Positions 1-10,319 of a DNA stretch of 64,000 bases are shown in pieces. Location of the stretch: contig DUVN01000023.1 in the NCBI GenBank assembly GCA_012841015.1, positions 60,436 through 124,435 of the forward strand, read 5' to 3'. A program made the translations under genes and the position numbers. The notes below the pieces were generated by a model. The model was not told the DNA's origin and did not search any database. It saw only the letters and a program-made list of their open reading frames with translations. The DNA comes from Clostridiaceae bacterium (GTDB lineage Bacteria > Bacillota > Clostridia > Saccharofermentanales > DTU023). Numbering within the stretch: position 1 is the first letter of the stretch; each line of letters begins with the position of its first letter.

Positions 1-1778
1 TGTCGCGCGCATCCACGTCTCTTTTCCTGCGAGCCCTGATTGACGACGAGATCCTGCCCATGATCGCACAGGGAAGTCGCGATTTTACCGGTGTCGTTCG
101 CATCGTCGTTGCCATGGCGATCGTGTACGGTATCGGTATTCTCGCCGTTTGGGCTTACGAACGCATCATGGTTACCGTCGAGCAGGGTACCGTACGAAAT
201 ATCCGCGACAATCTCTTTGCGCACGTTCAGACATTGCCGGTGCGCTACTTCGATACACACGCGCACGGTGACGTCATGAGCCGTTTCACAAGCGATGTGG
301 ATACGCTGCGCGCCGCCATTTCACAAAGTCTTCCGGCGATGGTTTCATCGCTGTTATCGACGATGACGGCTTTCGGTACGATGTTGTATCTCAGCCTCAA
401 CTTGACTTTATTCGTCGTGTTGTTTGCTGTTTTTCTTTTCATACTCGTCAAGGCGATCGTACGGCGGAGTGCCAAATATTTCATGAGTCAGCAACTCGCA
501 ATGGGAGACGTGAACGCCTATGTTGAGGAGATGATTGAGGGGCAGAAAGTCGTCAAGGTCTTTAATTACGAGCAGAAGGCGATCAGGTCGTTTGGCGAAA
601 AGACAGAAGAGCTCTTCAAAAATGCCAGTGAAGCCATCAAATACGGAATGATCACGATGCCCGTCGTCTTAGGCATGGGCTTTCTCCTGTATGTGCTCAT
701 CGGCATCATCGGCGGCGCGCTGGGCATATTGGGCATTCCTAACTGGCGCCTGACAGGGTCGGAGGTGATGACAGTTGGCACGATCATCTCGTTTATCACG
801 CTGTCGCGCGGCTTTGTCAATCCGATCGGGCAAATGTCGATGCAGTTTAACATGGTCGTTCAGGCGCTTGCGGGCGCGTCGCGCATTTTCGAAGTGATGG
901 ACGAGGAAAGCGAACAAGACTGCGGTGTTGTCACACTCGTACATGCCACGAAAGAAAACGGCGTACTCACGGAGTGCTGCGATCGGACTGACGTCTGGGC
1001 GTGGAAAAAACCGCAAGAGGACGGGTCGTTTATCTATAGAGAACTTAAGGGCGACATTCGCTTTTATGATGTGAATTTTTCGTACGTTCCGGGGAAACCG
1101 GTTCTGCGAGATATCAATCTTTATGCAAAACCGGGACAGAAAGTGGCACTCGTCGGTGCGACCGGCGCCGGCAAGACGACCATCACGAACTTGCTCAACC
1201 GCTTCTATGACATTGATGACGGCGCCATTCATTACGACGGCATCGATATTCGTGAGATTAAGAAAGCCGATCTTCGAAAATCTCTCGGCGTCGTCCTCCA
1301 AGAGGTTCATCTCTTCACAGGGACGGTCATGGACAACATCCGCTACGGGAAACTCGACGCGACGGATGAAGAATGCATCAGGGCGGCGAAACTCGTCAAT
1401 GCTGACGGATTTATCCGCATGCTGCCGCACGGTTACAACACGATGCTGGAAGGCGACGGCAGCGGTCTTTCGCAAGGTCAGAGACAGTTGATATCAATCG
1501 CTCGCGCCGCCGTGCTCGACCCACCCGTTATGATCCTCGATGAAGCGACGTCATCGATCGACACGCGGACGGAATCGATCGTTCAGCAAGGCATGGACGC
1601 CCTGATGCACGGACGGACGAACTTCACCATCGCTCACCGGCTGTCGACTGTCCGGGACGCCGACGTTATCATGGTCATGGAGGACGGGCGCATCATTGAG
1701 CGTGGCACACATGAGCAACTCATCGAAGAGCGTGGGCAATACTATCAGCTGCACATTGGAGCCTTTGAACTCGCGTAG
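1..1778 (+). CDS. ABC exporter, fused permease/ATP-binding protein (5' end outside window)
   Basis: The frame is open from nt 3 through the track ATG at 60. A TM domain is followed by Walker A GATGAGKTT, signature LSQGQRQ, Walker B ILDEATS and H-loop AHRLST. Confidence 0.9.
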   Translation, partial: SRASTSLFLRALIDDEILPMIAQGSRDFTGVVRIVVAMAIVYGIGILAVWAYERIMVTVEQGTVRNIRDNLFAHVQTLPVRYFDTHAHGDVMSRFTSDVDTLRAAISQSLPAMVSSLLSTMTAFGTMLYLSLNLTLFVVLFAVFLFILVKAIVRRSAKYFMSQQLAMGDVNAYVEEMIEGQKVVKVFNYEQKAIRSFGEKTEELFKNASEAIKYGMITMPVVLGMGFLLYVLIGIIGGALGILGIPNWRLTGSEVMTVGTIISFITLSRGFVNPIGQMSMQFNMVVQALAGASRIFEVMDEESEQDCGVVTLVHATKENGVLTECCDRTDVWAWKKPQEDGSFIYRELKGDIRFYDVNFSYVPGKPVLRDINLYAKPGQKVALVGATGAGKTTITNLLNRFYDIDDGAIHYDGIDIREIKKADLRKSLGVVLQEVHLFTGTVMDNIRYGKLDATDEECIRAAKLVNADGFIRMLPHGYNTMLEGDGSGLSQGQRQLISIARAAVLDPPVMILDEATSSIDTRTESIVQQGMDALMHGRTNFTIAHRLSTVRDADVIMVMEDGRIIERGTHEQLIEERGQYYQLHIGAFELA

Positions 1779-2149
1779 TGTTTCAAACTGTGTGGAGTGC
1801 TTCCCTAGAAGAAATAGCCGATAAGATTTCTAAAACTGTCAGAACGGTTCAAAGAGTAAAAGTTTTTTTCTCGGAAATTTATCCGAAACAAGAGTATAAA
1901 GCTTTTCTGTGTTATAGCTGGATATTGTGTCCGCCCATACTGGAAAAGCTATCCGAAAAATCAAATATTAAGCAGTTTACTGATAAGTTCTCTATTATTG
2001 GGAATTGTCCTGATTCGGAGTAAGCAAAAGAATTTATTTCAGGTTATGGCAAGAACATGGTAATTCCTGAAAATGCAAGTTCTCTTCAAAAGTTGGTATT
2101 CGAACATCCTGAACTGCTGGGTTTTACGTGTGGAATTATTTGGACATAG
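1778..2149 (+). pseudogene. C-terminal remnant of a GNAT-like acyltransferase (GNAT_C-type), interrupted by an in-frame TAA
   Basis: The 81-aa ORF (..FLCYSWILCPPILEKL..SNIKQF..) continues in the same frame after TAA 2021-2023 as AKEFISGYGKNMVIPENASSLQKLVFEHPELLGFTCGIIWT*. It has no N-terminal domain and overlaps the ABC stop by 1 nt. The region is AT-richer than its flanks. Family recognition is from memory of the CxSWxL-type C-terminal motif. Confidence 0.35.
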
Positions 2150-2367
2150 ATTCTAGTCTGTTGTACCGGAGATTGCCGATACTCCTGATGTCAGACAAAT
2201 GCTAGACTCAGGAAAGCTTGATTTTACAGGGTTTTACAGGTTTGAAAATGAACAAAAACAGCGTTTTATTTTAGACCCCGCCACAGGCTCCGACTACCTG
2301 TTCATCGATGTTTCGAAAGGGATATGGTCACCTTGCTCTTATGGGGTAAAATGGGTTCAAAGGAGGT

Positions 2368-3063
2368 GTGCCCATGGTTCCTTTGATGGCGTACTCATTG
2401 GTGGAAGTGAACATCGTCTCAACGCTGCTGCGCATGGCTCTTGCCGTGGCATGCGGCGGGCTGTTGGGCTTCGATCGTGGGCGGAAGAAGCGACCTGCCG
2501 GCTTTCGCACGTACATCGTCGTGTGTCTCGGATCGACGCTCGTTATGCTCGTTAACCAGTACGTTTTTCAAATCTTCGATATGTCGGACCCGACGCGTAT
2601 GGCGGCGCAAGTGATCAGCGGCATCGGTTTTCTCGGCGCAGGAACGATTATCGTGACGTCGCACAACCAAGTCAAAGGTTTGACGACGGCCGCCGGGCTA
2701 TGGGCATCCGCAGCTATCGGGTTGGCGCTCGGTATCGGTTTTTATTACGGGGCGCTGATCGCGACAGCTTTTATCTTTATCGTGATGAACGCCTTCGGGT
2801 ACGTCAATTCTTTTCTCTACAAGCGCTCAGGAATTGCCGAATTTTTTATCGAGATGGACGTTGTTTCCAGCGTCGGCAAGCTGTTGGCGCATCTGAACGA
2901 AAAAGATGTTAACGTCAAAGATTTCGATCTTTTCAAGTCGCAGTCGAATGCGTCGACGTTTGCTGTACACATGACGGTTAAGTGCCATAAGGATTGCTCG
3001 ATTGATGATCTGATGAAATGGATTTTAGAGCTTGACGGAGTCGTCTTTGTTGAAGAAATCTGA
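2368..3063 (+). CDS. mgtC: MgtC/SapB family membrane protein
   Basis: GGLLGFDRGRKKRPAGFRTY and GIGFLGAGTII motifs, 4-5 TM helices plus a C-terminal ACT-like domain. AGGAGG lies 8 nt upstream of the ATG. Confidence 0.85.
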   Translation: MPMVPLMAYSLVEVNIVSTLLRMALAVACGGLLGFDRGRKKRPAGFRTYIVVCLGSTLVMLVNQYVFQIFDMSDPTRMAAQVISGIGFLGAGTIIVTSHNQVKGLTTAAGLWASAAIGLALGIGFYYGALIATAFIFIVMNAFGYVNSFLYKRSGIAEFFIEMDVVSSVGKLLAHLNEKDVNVKDFDLFKSQSNASTFAVHMTVKCHKDCSIDDLMKWILELDGVVFVEEI

Positions 3064-4537
3064 CGCATTGAGAAACGGGAACGAAGCGCGTGACAACGCC
3101 TGCCGCATAACACCCAAGACGCCTATGTTCGCGACGGCTGTTATTCTCGCTGGCGGTGCGAGCCGTCGCATGGGGTTTGACAAACAGACGCTGACGCTTG
3201 GCGACCGTCCTCTGATTGAGCGGACAGTCGAACAACTCGGCGTGCTGTTCGACGACATCGTAATCGTCACCGACCGACCGCAGCTTTATCGTGATTATAA
3301 CGTTCGCGTTATGGCGGACGTGTTCTCTGAAAGCGGCCCAATGGCGGGTATCCATGCCGGTCTGCTCCAAGCGAAAAGCCGCTTCGTCTACGTGATCGGC
3401 TGTGACATGCCATATCCCGACCGCGATTACATCAATCTAATGCTGCGCATGCTCGAGAATACCAAGTCGGACTCGGTTGTTGGATGCATGATGCAGCGCG
3501 ATGACGGGCGCCTTGAACCGCTCAACGCCTTCTACAGTACAGAGCTTGCAGAGGACATGGCAAAGTCGCTCGATGACGGCGAACGATCATTGCAGTTTTT
3601 CTGTCGTCATCAACCATTTCTGTGGATCACAGAAGAAGAAGGGCGTGCCATCTCGCCTGAGCTGCGCATGTTTCGTAATATCAATGACTTTGCCGATCTG
3701 CTCGATGTACGAGGATGTTCGGCGCTGTCCATGCCGGATCGCTCTGCGCACGTGCGGCCTGTTCGTATATCGCGCGTCACCTGGTCGGGCGAAGCGCGTT
3801 GCGAAGACTACGTCGTTCAGGAAGGATGTCTCTCTCTCGTTGTCAACGGTGAAGAGGTGTCGGAAATCCATGCGCTTCCGGAACGATGGCGTGATCTCGC
3901 CGTCGGATGGCTGTATGCACGGGGACTAATCAGTACTGCTGATGACGTACGATCGTTTCAGGTTGAGCCAATTGCTGGTAGAGCGGATGCTTTCGAGGCA
4001 AGGATTGTTCTCGGACAGATCGAACGCTCCATCGAGCATCAACCCATTGACCACTGCTCCTCATATGCAGTATTGACTGCGAGCGCAAACTCGATGACTG
4101 AAACGACCGTTGTCCGCGACCCTTCGTATATGGTGCCATACGGAACACCACCTTTTTCCCTTGATGTCGTTGGAAAGATTATGGGGCATCTTGATGGTGA
4201 AACATCGCTTTTTCGTGAGACGGGCGGGACGCACAGTATGATCATGTTCAATCTTGAAAATTATGATGTAACAGACGTCTGCGAGGACACATCACGCCAC
4301 GCATGTCTTGATAAACTGATTGGCCATGCGCTTCTCGAGCGACGCGATCTTTTGCATGAGGGCTTGGCAACGAGTTGTCGCGTGACGACAACGATCATGC
4401 AGAAGATAGTCCGAGCAGGTATCCCTGTCGTCATATCACGCACCGCGACGACGACTGCCGCTGTTCAGTTGGCTCGCAAGGCAGGAATCACGATGATTTG
4501 TTTCGCGCGCGGGCGGCGATACAATCTCATGACGTAG
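3032..4537 (+). CDS. Fusion of molybdenum cofactor guanylyltransferase (MobA-like) and formate dehydrogenase accessory sulfurtransferase (FdhD)
   Basis: The N-terminus AVILAGGASRRMGFDKQ is a MobA NTP-transferase motif. The C-terminus ETGGTHS...GIPVVISRTATTTAAVQLARKAGITMICFARGRRYNL is typical FdhD. The TTG at 3032 overlaps mgtC, so ATG 3125 (MFATAVILAGG) is an alternative start. Confidence 0.8.
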   Translation: MTESSLLKKSDALRNGNEARDNACRITPKTPMFATAVILAGGASRRMGFDKQTLTLGDRPLIERTVEQLGVLFDDIVIVTDRPQLYRDYNVRVMADVFSESGPMAGIHAGLLQAKSRFVYVIGCDMPYPDRDYINLMLRMLENTKSDSVVGCMMQRDDGRLEPLNAFYSTELAEDMAKSLDDGERSLQFFCRHQPFLWITEEEGRAISPELRMFRNINDFADLLDVRGCSALSMPDRSAHVRPVRISRVTWSGEARCEDYVVQEGCLSLVVNGEEVSEIHALPERWRDLAVGWLYARGLISTADDVRSFQVEPIAGRADAFEARIVLGQIERSIEHQPIDHCSSYAVLTASANSMTETTVVRDPSYMVPYGTPPFSLDVVGKIMGHLDGETSLFRETGGTHSMIMFNLENYDVTDVCEDTSRHACLDKLIGHALLERRDLLHEGLATSCRVTTTIMQKIVRAGIPVVISRTATTTAAVQLARKAGITMICFARGRRYNLMT

Positions 4538-4653
4538 GGCGTAGAAGTTTTAACGCTTAATCGTGTATCATAAAGAGTAGTGTCTGAACGATAACAGTAC
4601 TAAACTGTACAATATGATGAACGTACGAACGCGAATGTTCGCTAGGAGGTCAC

Positions 4654-7401
4654 ATGATTCGCATCACGATAGACGGGATTCCGCTCGAGCTTGAGAAGCC
4701 AATCAATTTGCTTGAAGCGGCTAAGCTCGTCGGCATCAATATTCCGAACCTCTGTTACAGCCCTGAATTGACGCCGTACGGCGGGTGTCGTCTTTGTCTT
4801 GTAGAAATTGAGGGACGCAGGATGCCAGTCGCCTCATGTTCGCGATTGGCGGAAGATGGCATGGTCGTACGGACGAATACGCCACAGATTCGTGAGATCC
4901 GACGGGAATTGTTGAATCTTCTCATCAGCAACCACCCGATGGACTGTCTGACGTGCGAGAAGGTCGGGACATGCGATTTACAACGTCTCTGCTATGAGTA
5001 CGGCGTCACGACACCTTCCTATCCTTACGATCCGCCGGACATCCCTCTCGACGACCAGAATCCCATTATGGTGCGCGACCAGTCGAAGTGTATCAAGTGC
5101 GGCAAGTGCGTCCGCGTCTGTCGCGAGATTCAGGTTTCAAATGTGCTCGAACACGTCGGGCGCGGTTTTTCCTCGACGGTGACAACGGCTGGCGATCGTC
5201 CCATCTCACGTGATTTCTGTCGCATGTGCGGTCAGTGCGTTGCGATTTGTCCGACAGGTGCGCTTACAAACAAAGAATTTGCCGGATATCGCCCGTGGGA
5301 GCTGAAGAAAGTGCGCACGACGTGTCCGTTCTGCGGGACAGGTTGTACGTTTGATCTCAATGTCGACGTCAAAAACAACCGTGTTGTCGGTGTCACGGCA
5401 TGTGAAGACGCGCCGATTAACGGCACACAGCTCTGTGTGAAGGGTCGTTTCCACACTGATTTCATCAGTTCAGAGGAACGGCTGACGACGCCTCTCATCA
5501 AAAAAGATGGAGAGTTCGTCCCTGCGTCGTGGAACGAAGCGATTAACTTGATCGCAACGCGTTTCGGAGAGATCAAGGCAAAGCATGGAGCAAACGCTTT
5601 TTCTGGACTCTCATCGGCACGATGTACGAACGAAGATAACTATACATTTCAGAAATTTATGCGCGCGGTGATCGGCACGAACAACGTCGATCACTGCGCA
5701 CGGACCTGACACGCCCCTACCGTTGCAGGTCTTGCAACAACGCTTGGCAGCGGAGCCATGACAAACTCCGTAAACGAAGTCCTTGATGCCGAACTGCTCT
5801 TTGTTATCGGTTCTAACACGACGGAAGCGCATCCGATCATCGGGAACAAAATGAAACAAGCCGTCCGCAATGGAACGAAGCTCATTGTCGTTGATCCGCG
5901 TACGACAGAGTTGGCTACGATGGCTGATCTCCACCTGCCTCTCCGTTCAGGAAGTGATGCCGCATTGATCAATGGGCTGATGCACATCATTCTCCGCGAA
6001 GGCTGGGAAGATCGCGAATACATTGAGACGCGAACGGAAGGGTTCGAGGCTGTCGAAGAGCTCGTCAAAAAGTACACACCGGAGGTCGTCTCCGCCATTA
6101 CCGATCTTCCCGAAGAAGACCTTTTCGAGGCCGCTAAACTCTATGCGAGCCACCGCAAAGCAGGCATTTTCTATACGCTCGGCATCACAGAGCACACATC
6201 GGGCACGTCGAATGTCATGAACTTGGCGAATCTTGCCCTGATCACCGGCCACGTCGGCATTGAGAGCGCAGGAATTAATCCGCTCCGCGGGCAAAACAAC
6301 GTGCAGGGTGCCTGTGACATGGGTGCGCTCCCCGACGTCTATCCCGGCTATCAGAAAGTCACCGATCCGGCTTCCATCGCCCGTTTTTCCGAGGCATGGG
6401 GTGTTCCTGTGAGCGATAAGCTTGGACTGCGCATTCCTGAGATGCTCGATGCCGCCGTGGCGGGAGACATGAAGGTCATGTACGTCATGGGAGAAGACCC
6501 CGTGCTCACCGATCCTGATGCCAATCACGTCAAAAAGGCGTTTGAGTCGATGGAATTCGTCGTCGTCCAAGAGATCTTTATGTCGGAGACAGCAAAACTT
6601 GCCGACGTTGTCCTCCCCGCTGCCTGTTATGCTGAGAAAGAAGGAACCTTCACTGCTTCAGAGCGCCGTGTTCAGCGTGTGCGCAAAGCCGTGAATCCGC
6701 CGGGGCAGGCGAAACAAGATTGGGAGATCATCGTCGCGATCGCAGAAAAAATGGGCGCCGAAGGGTTCGATTTCCTCAATTCTGAAGAAGTTTTTGAGGA
6801 GATGCGCAGCTTGACACCTCAGTATGCCGGCATGACATATGATCGTTTGGAAAATGAACGTGGGTTACAATGGCCATGTCCCACGCTGACGCATCCCGGG
6901 ACAAAATATCTCCACAAGGGTGTTTTCCCGCGCGGAAAAGCGACGATGGTTCCCGTCGAATACAAAGGACCTGCTGAACACGTCTGTGATGAGTACCCGA
7001 TTCTGCTGATCACGGGACGTAAGCTCGGTCACTACAACGTGACGACGCGCTATTCGGCACTTCTCGATTCGATCAACCCGTTCGAAGAAGCCGAGATCAA
7101 TCCGCGCGAAGCGGAAGCACTGGAACTTGTAGAGCACGATACGATTCGTGTGACAAGTCGTCGCGGAAGCATCGTGACGCGCGTGCAGATCACGGATCGC
7201 GTCAAGCCGGGCAGCATGTTCATGACCTTCCACTATAGAGAGTCACCCGTTAACGAATTGACACAGTCGGCCTTCGACCCGATCACGCTGACGGGAGAAT
7301 ACAAAGTCTCCGCCGTCAAGATTGAAAAAGTCGAGTGGAAAGACGAGCAATACGAGGACGAAATACATCGCTTCAAACGTCTGGAGCTCTTGACACATTA
7401 A
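4654..7401 (+). CDS. fdhA: Formate dehydrogenase catalytic subunit (FdhA/FdhF type with N-terminal 2Fe-2S and 4Fe-4S domains), selenocysteine at UGA 5707-5709
   Basis: Track ORFs 4654-5709 and 5758-7401 are in the same frame. Read-through gives ..[30 protein letters not shown].., the conserved Mo-ligand Sec/Cys motif. Also present: NuoG-like CxxC clusters, CIKCGKCVRVC, CGQCVAICP and CPFCGTGC. TAGGAGG precedes the ATG. Confidence 0.9.
5710..5745 (+). other. Bacterial SECIS stem-loop directly 3' of the UGA
   Basis: GTTGCA(5722-5727)-GGTCT-TGCAAC(5733-5738) starts 12 nt after the UGA. The core GUUGCAGGUCU matches the E. coli fdhF SECIS apical region as I recall it. Confidence 0.7.
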
Positions 7402-7448
7402 AAATCGTACGATAGAAAAAGGAAAGAATATTTTTTAACACTAGATGA

Positions 7449-7486
7449 AAAAAGGGCTGTCTCACAAATGGGGCAGCTCCTTTTTT
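7449..7486 (+). terminator. Rho-independent terminator after fdhA
   Basis: AAGGGCTG / CAGCTCCTT forms a stem with one G-U pair, followed by TTTTTT. Confidence 0.55.
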
Positions 7487-7599
7487 AATGGCAGCGCTTA
7501 AGGAAATTTGTTTTTTCACAATCCACCTCCTTACAACACGAGAAAATGAGCAAAAACACTGAACATGCGAAATTGTCCAGCAATCGAACCTTCAGCAGG

Positions 7600-7880
7600 A
7601 CTTAAAATCCAAAAAATCGATACTAACTGAAAAATTGCACACCGGAGCGCCGGGCGCCGGACAATGAGTCCGAAAATTCGAGATTAACTGAAAAATTGCA
7701 TACTGGAGCACTGGATACCAGATGCTGAGTCCAAAAATTCGAAATTAATTGAAAAACTGTACACCTGTTTTGAGCGTATAATTCAAGAATTTATTATTAA
7801 TTGAAAAACTGCGCACCGGCGTCAGACATAAATTTAAAAAATCAACTTTACTTGAAAAATTGCACATAAATCCCGGGTGT
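7600..7880 (-). repeat. Family-A structured tandem repeat array, about 5 units of 51-62 bp (reverse complement of the 57.4-58.0 kb array)
   Basis: The core (C/T)TGAAAAA(T/C)TG(C/T)(A/G)(C/T)AC starts at 7626, 7687, 7749, 7801 and 7852. Units end in AAATTCGA(A/G)ATTAA, the reverse complement of TTAATATCGAATTT in the other array. Confidence 0.85.
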
Positions 7881-8678
7881 TCGGATAAATGGCGTCACGC
7901 AAACGGAAGGTTATCTTGTTCTCGCTCTTTATGAGCGGTTTTGAGATAACCCCTTTAGCTTTTGTGCGAGGTTCAATTCTATGAAAGCCTTTCCTTGACC
8001 AATCCGTTCTCACTCTAGGAAAAGCGGTATGCGTTCTTCCGGGGTTTGATTTGATGACACGCATGTTCCCGTTTTCCCACACAATCGCAGCCTGATTGTC
8101 GATCGCAATCGCATCGGTTATTTGACCAATATAGAAGTCATCAAAACCTCTTCGGCTTTCCTCATCAAAATGGGGGCAGTGTAAGTAAGGGATAATGCCG
8201 AGGCCCTTAACCCATTTGTGCTTAGGATTTTCTACTCCTGCGATAAACCAACAGATGGAACCCGCACTTAGGCCGGCAAGGATTTTGTTATCCTGATAAG
8301 CCTCCAAGTGATATTGATCGACACGGCATTCTCGCCATACCGTCATCATGTGTTCGGTGTTTCCACCGCCCACGTAGATGATGTCAGCCTTTGCGATCTT
8401 GCTCTTTGCTTCTTCCGAAGTTGCTGTTTCTCCACATAAAGGCAAAGAATCGACCGTGCAGCCAAGACCGCGTGCAATTTGTTTATCGTCTCTATGTACG
8501 GTTGTGCATCTCTGCTGGCAGTTGGTATGAACAGAAAATTAGGATTCTCTTTTTTGAGGAAGCTACAATGTATCGATCAAGGGTATATGTTTCATTGTAA
8601 AGAACTTCGCCGCCGCCAATTGCGATGATCTTGGGATATTTTTCCTCTCTGCGGTGAGGTAGCTTAAAAACGGCTCAT
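7834..8678 (-). pseudogene. Peptidase E-like S51 dipeptidase, frameshifted
   Basis: The 203-aa ORF carries ADIIYVGGGNT and LSAGS motifs. The N-terminal half (KIIAIGGGE.., NPNFLFIPTASRDAQPY) is only recovered by shifting frame near the T6 run at 8550-8555, again near 8476-8486, and probably once more at the A5 run at 8666-8670 next to the ATG at 8678. The C-terminal tail reads into the repeat array. Confidence 0.7.
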
Positions 8679-8795
8679 GAACTACGAGCTCGGGACTGCC
8701 TTTTACGCCAAATTCAGATGGATTGTGGTCAAAAATTCCACTGAAACCACAAAGTGTTGATGCTAGCTGTTTTCATAGCATGTAATATGAAAGAA

Positions 8796-8838
8796 AGAGG
8801 GTGTCTAAGTCACTTAATCAAGTTGTGAGATACCCTCT
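8796..8838. terminator. Bidirectional terminator-like hairpin
   Basis: AGAGGGTGTCT ... AGATACCCTCT forms an 11-bp stem with one G-U pair. It is T-rich on both flanks and lies about 100 nt 3' of the Rpn-like gene. Confidence 0.5.
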
Positions 8839-8939
8839 TTTCCATTTTTCCATATCCTTCCAATCAAAAAGAAGGTGCCTCTTTGCTATGCTACCCCCAA
8901 ACCCATAATTTCCAAGATGGGGATTATCGTTTAACATGC

Positions 8940-9854
8940 TTATTCCAAAGTCTCGAGCTGTTCCCTATCGAGTCCCGTAGACTTTTGAACGATCTCCATG
9001 TCGACACCGTTTTGCAGCAAAGCTCTGGCAATCTTGATCGTGGTTTCTTCTCTGCCTTCCACTCTACCTTCTTCCATGCCTTCCATTTTTCCGCTCTCAA
9101 ATTTCTCCTGCATGATTGAGTAGTGATCCATCTCAGCGATGTGTTCGCGGATGTAGATCTCTCGTTCACTCGGAGTGTAAAAGACAGATTTCACTTTCTC
9201 ATTACATTCGCTCATAAGTTCATCTCCCTCCGATAGTACATTGCGCACTGCTTGGCTGTTCGTCCTGATGAACAGCAACCAACGTTCAAGTTCACTGATT
9301 TCACTTTGTAATAGATCTTTCGTTTCTTCAGGTAATCTCGTAAGGTCAAAGAAATGTAATTCCAAGACATCCGATAAGATGGAGCCGTCCTCCTCGCGTA
9401 TCGTGTACGTAGACTGCAGTTTCTCATTCAAGCGGAAGGTTTCGTTCGACAAGTGTATGCCGATGCACTTGCTAAGCCTATTATAGCTATTTCCTGCTAG
9501 GGATGTCTCCTGATACATGAACGACCAATAATAGATAGCTCGCTCGGGATAAAAAGGATGCCAGTGATTTTGCATCTCGATGTTAACTCTCTTGCCATCT
9601 TTCAATTTGATGTGGATGTCTAGAATGCCTCTTTTATCTCTTATGTTGCGGAACGGAAGATGCGGATCCGATATGGTCAAATCGATCACATCTTCCTTGC
9701 GAATGCCTGTTGTTAGGTGGATGAGATGAGCGACAGCGCTTTTGCTGTCTTCCGATCCGAAAATCTTCTTGAAGAGATAGTCGTTGCGGATACTTACGGG
9801 GATACCATCCAAGGTTGGATAGTCCACAGTGGGTGACGAGTTGTTCTTCTTCAT
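8940..9854 (-). CDS. Rpn-family recombination-promoting nuclease / PD-(D/E)XK putative transposase (PDDEXK_2)
   Basis: NDYLFKKIFG ... DKRGILDIHIKLKDGKRVNIEMQ ... ERAIYYWSFMY is the typical D..D/E-x-K core and family layout. Confidence 0.8.
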   Translation of the reverse strand: MKKNNSSPTVDYPTLDGIPVSIRNDYLFKKIFGSEDSKSAVAHLIHLTTGIRKEDVIDLTISDPHLPFRNIRDKRGILDIHIKLKDGKRVNIEMQNHWHPFYPERAIYYWSFMYQETSLAGNSYNRLSKCIGIHLSNETFRLNEKLQSTYTIREEDGSILSDVLELHFFDLTRLPEETKDLLQSEISELERWLLFIRTNSQAVRNVLSEGDELMSECNEKVKSVFYTPSEREIYIREHIAEMDHYSIMQEKFESGKMEGMEEGRVEGREETTIKIARALLQNGVDMEIVQKSTGLDREQLETLE

Positions 9855-10319
9855 GCTAATTTCCTCTTTCAGAATATTAGCCAGTGAAAATCAACTCAAA
9901 TCAACTCAAATAAAAATGGCTTGACTTAATTGTAGCATGATGGAAATCGCGTTCGCAAAAGGTCAGCCGCGGCGTTTAAAGTCCATCCGCTGACCTTCGG
10001 CGGCCGAGATTTCCACATGACATACGGTAGCTTGTTTCGCTGTCACAGAAGATAATAGAGAACGGATTGTTTGGAGCTGAATTAGAGTGAGGGCAGTTTA
10101 AGTAGGAGATGATTTCAAGACCATACCTTACGTGGAGGTTCCAGCTTTTTATTACTATTTTCCAAGATACAATGCCTGAACATCTTTATTGCTTGCCAAG
10201 ATTAATGAAGTCCCTTCTAGCCCGATCGTTCCTGTTTCCAAACATATCACTGCTTTTGAGAGCCGGGCAAGGTAAAGAATAAGCTCAGGCACGGGAAAAA
10301 CCAATACTTAATATTTGAC

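Noticed and set aside
669-1475. Long antisense ORFs inside confirmed genes (also 5947-6570, 34002-34631, 48934-49752 and 60742-61269)
   Set aside because: They lie opposite strongly supported genes, have Arg/Val/Phe-skewed low-complexity composition, and show no RBS or motifs. They are typical antisense artefacts.
2160-2367. A possible Mg2+ (M-box) riboswitch upstream of mgtC, and ORF 2199-2555 overlapping the mgtC start
   Set aside because: I could not find the conserved M-box core elements. The ORF has no RBS or homology and is displaced by the well-supported mgtC start.
4654-5709. A truncated formate dehydrogenase pseudogene followed by a second N-terminally truncated gene (5758-7401)
   Set aside because: The two pieces share a frame, the stop is a UGA at the catalytic Sec/Cys position, and a SECIS hairpin follows. 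This is a single selenoprotein gene.
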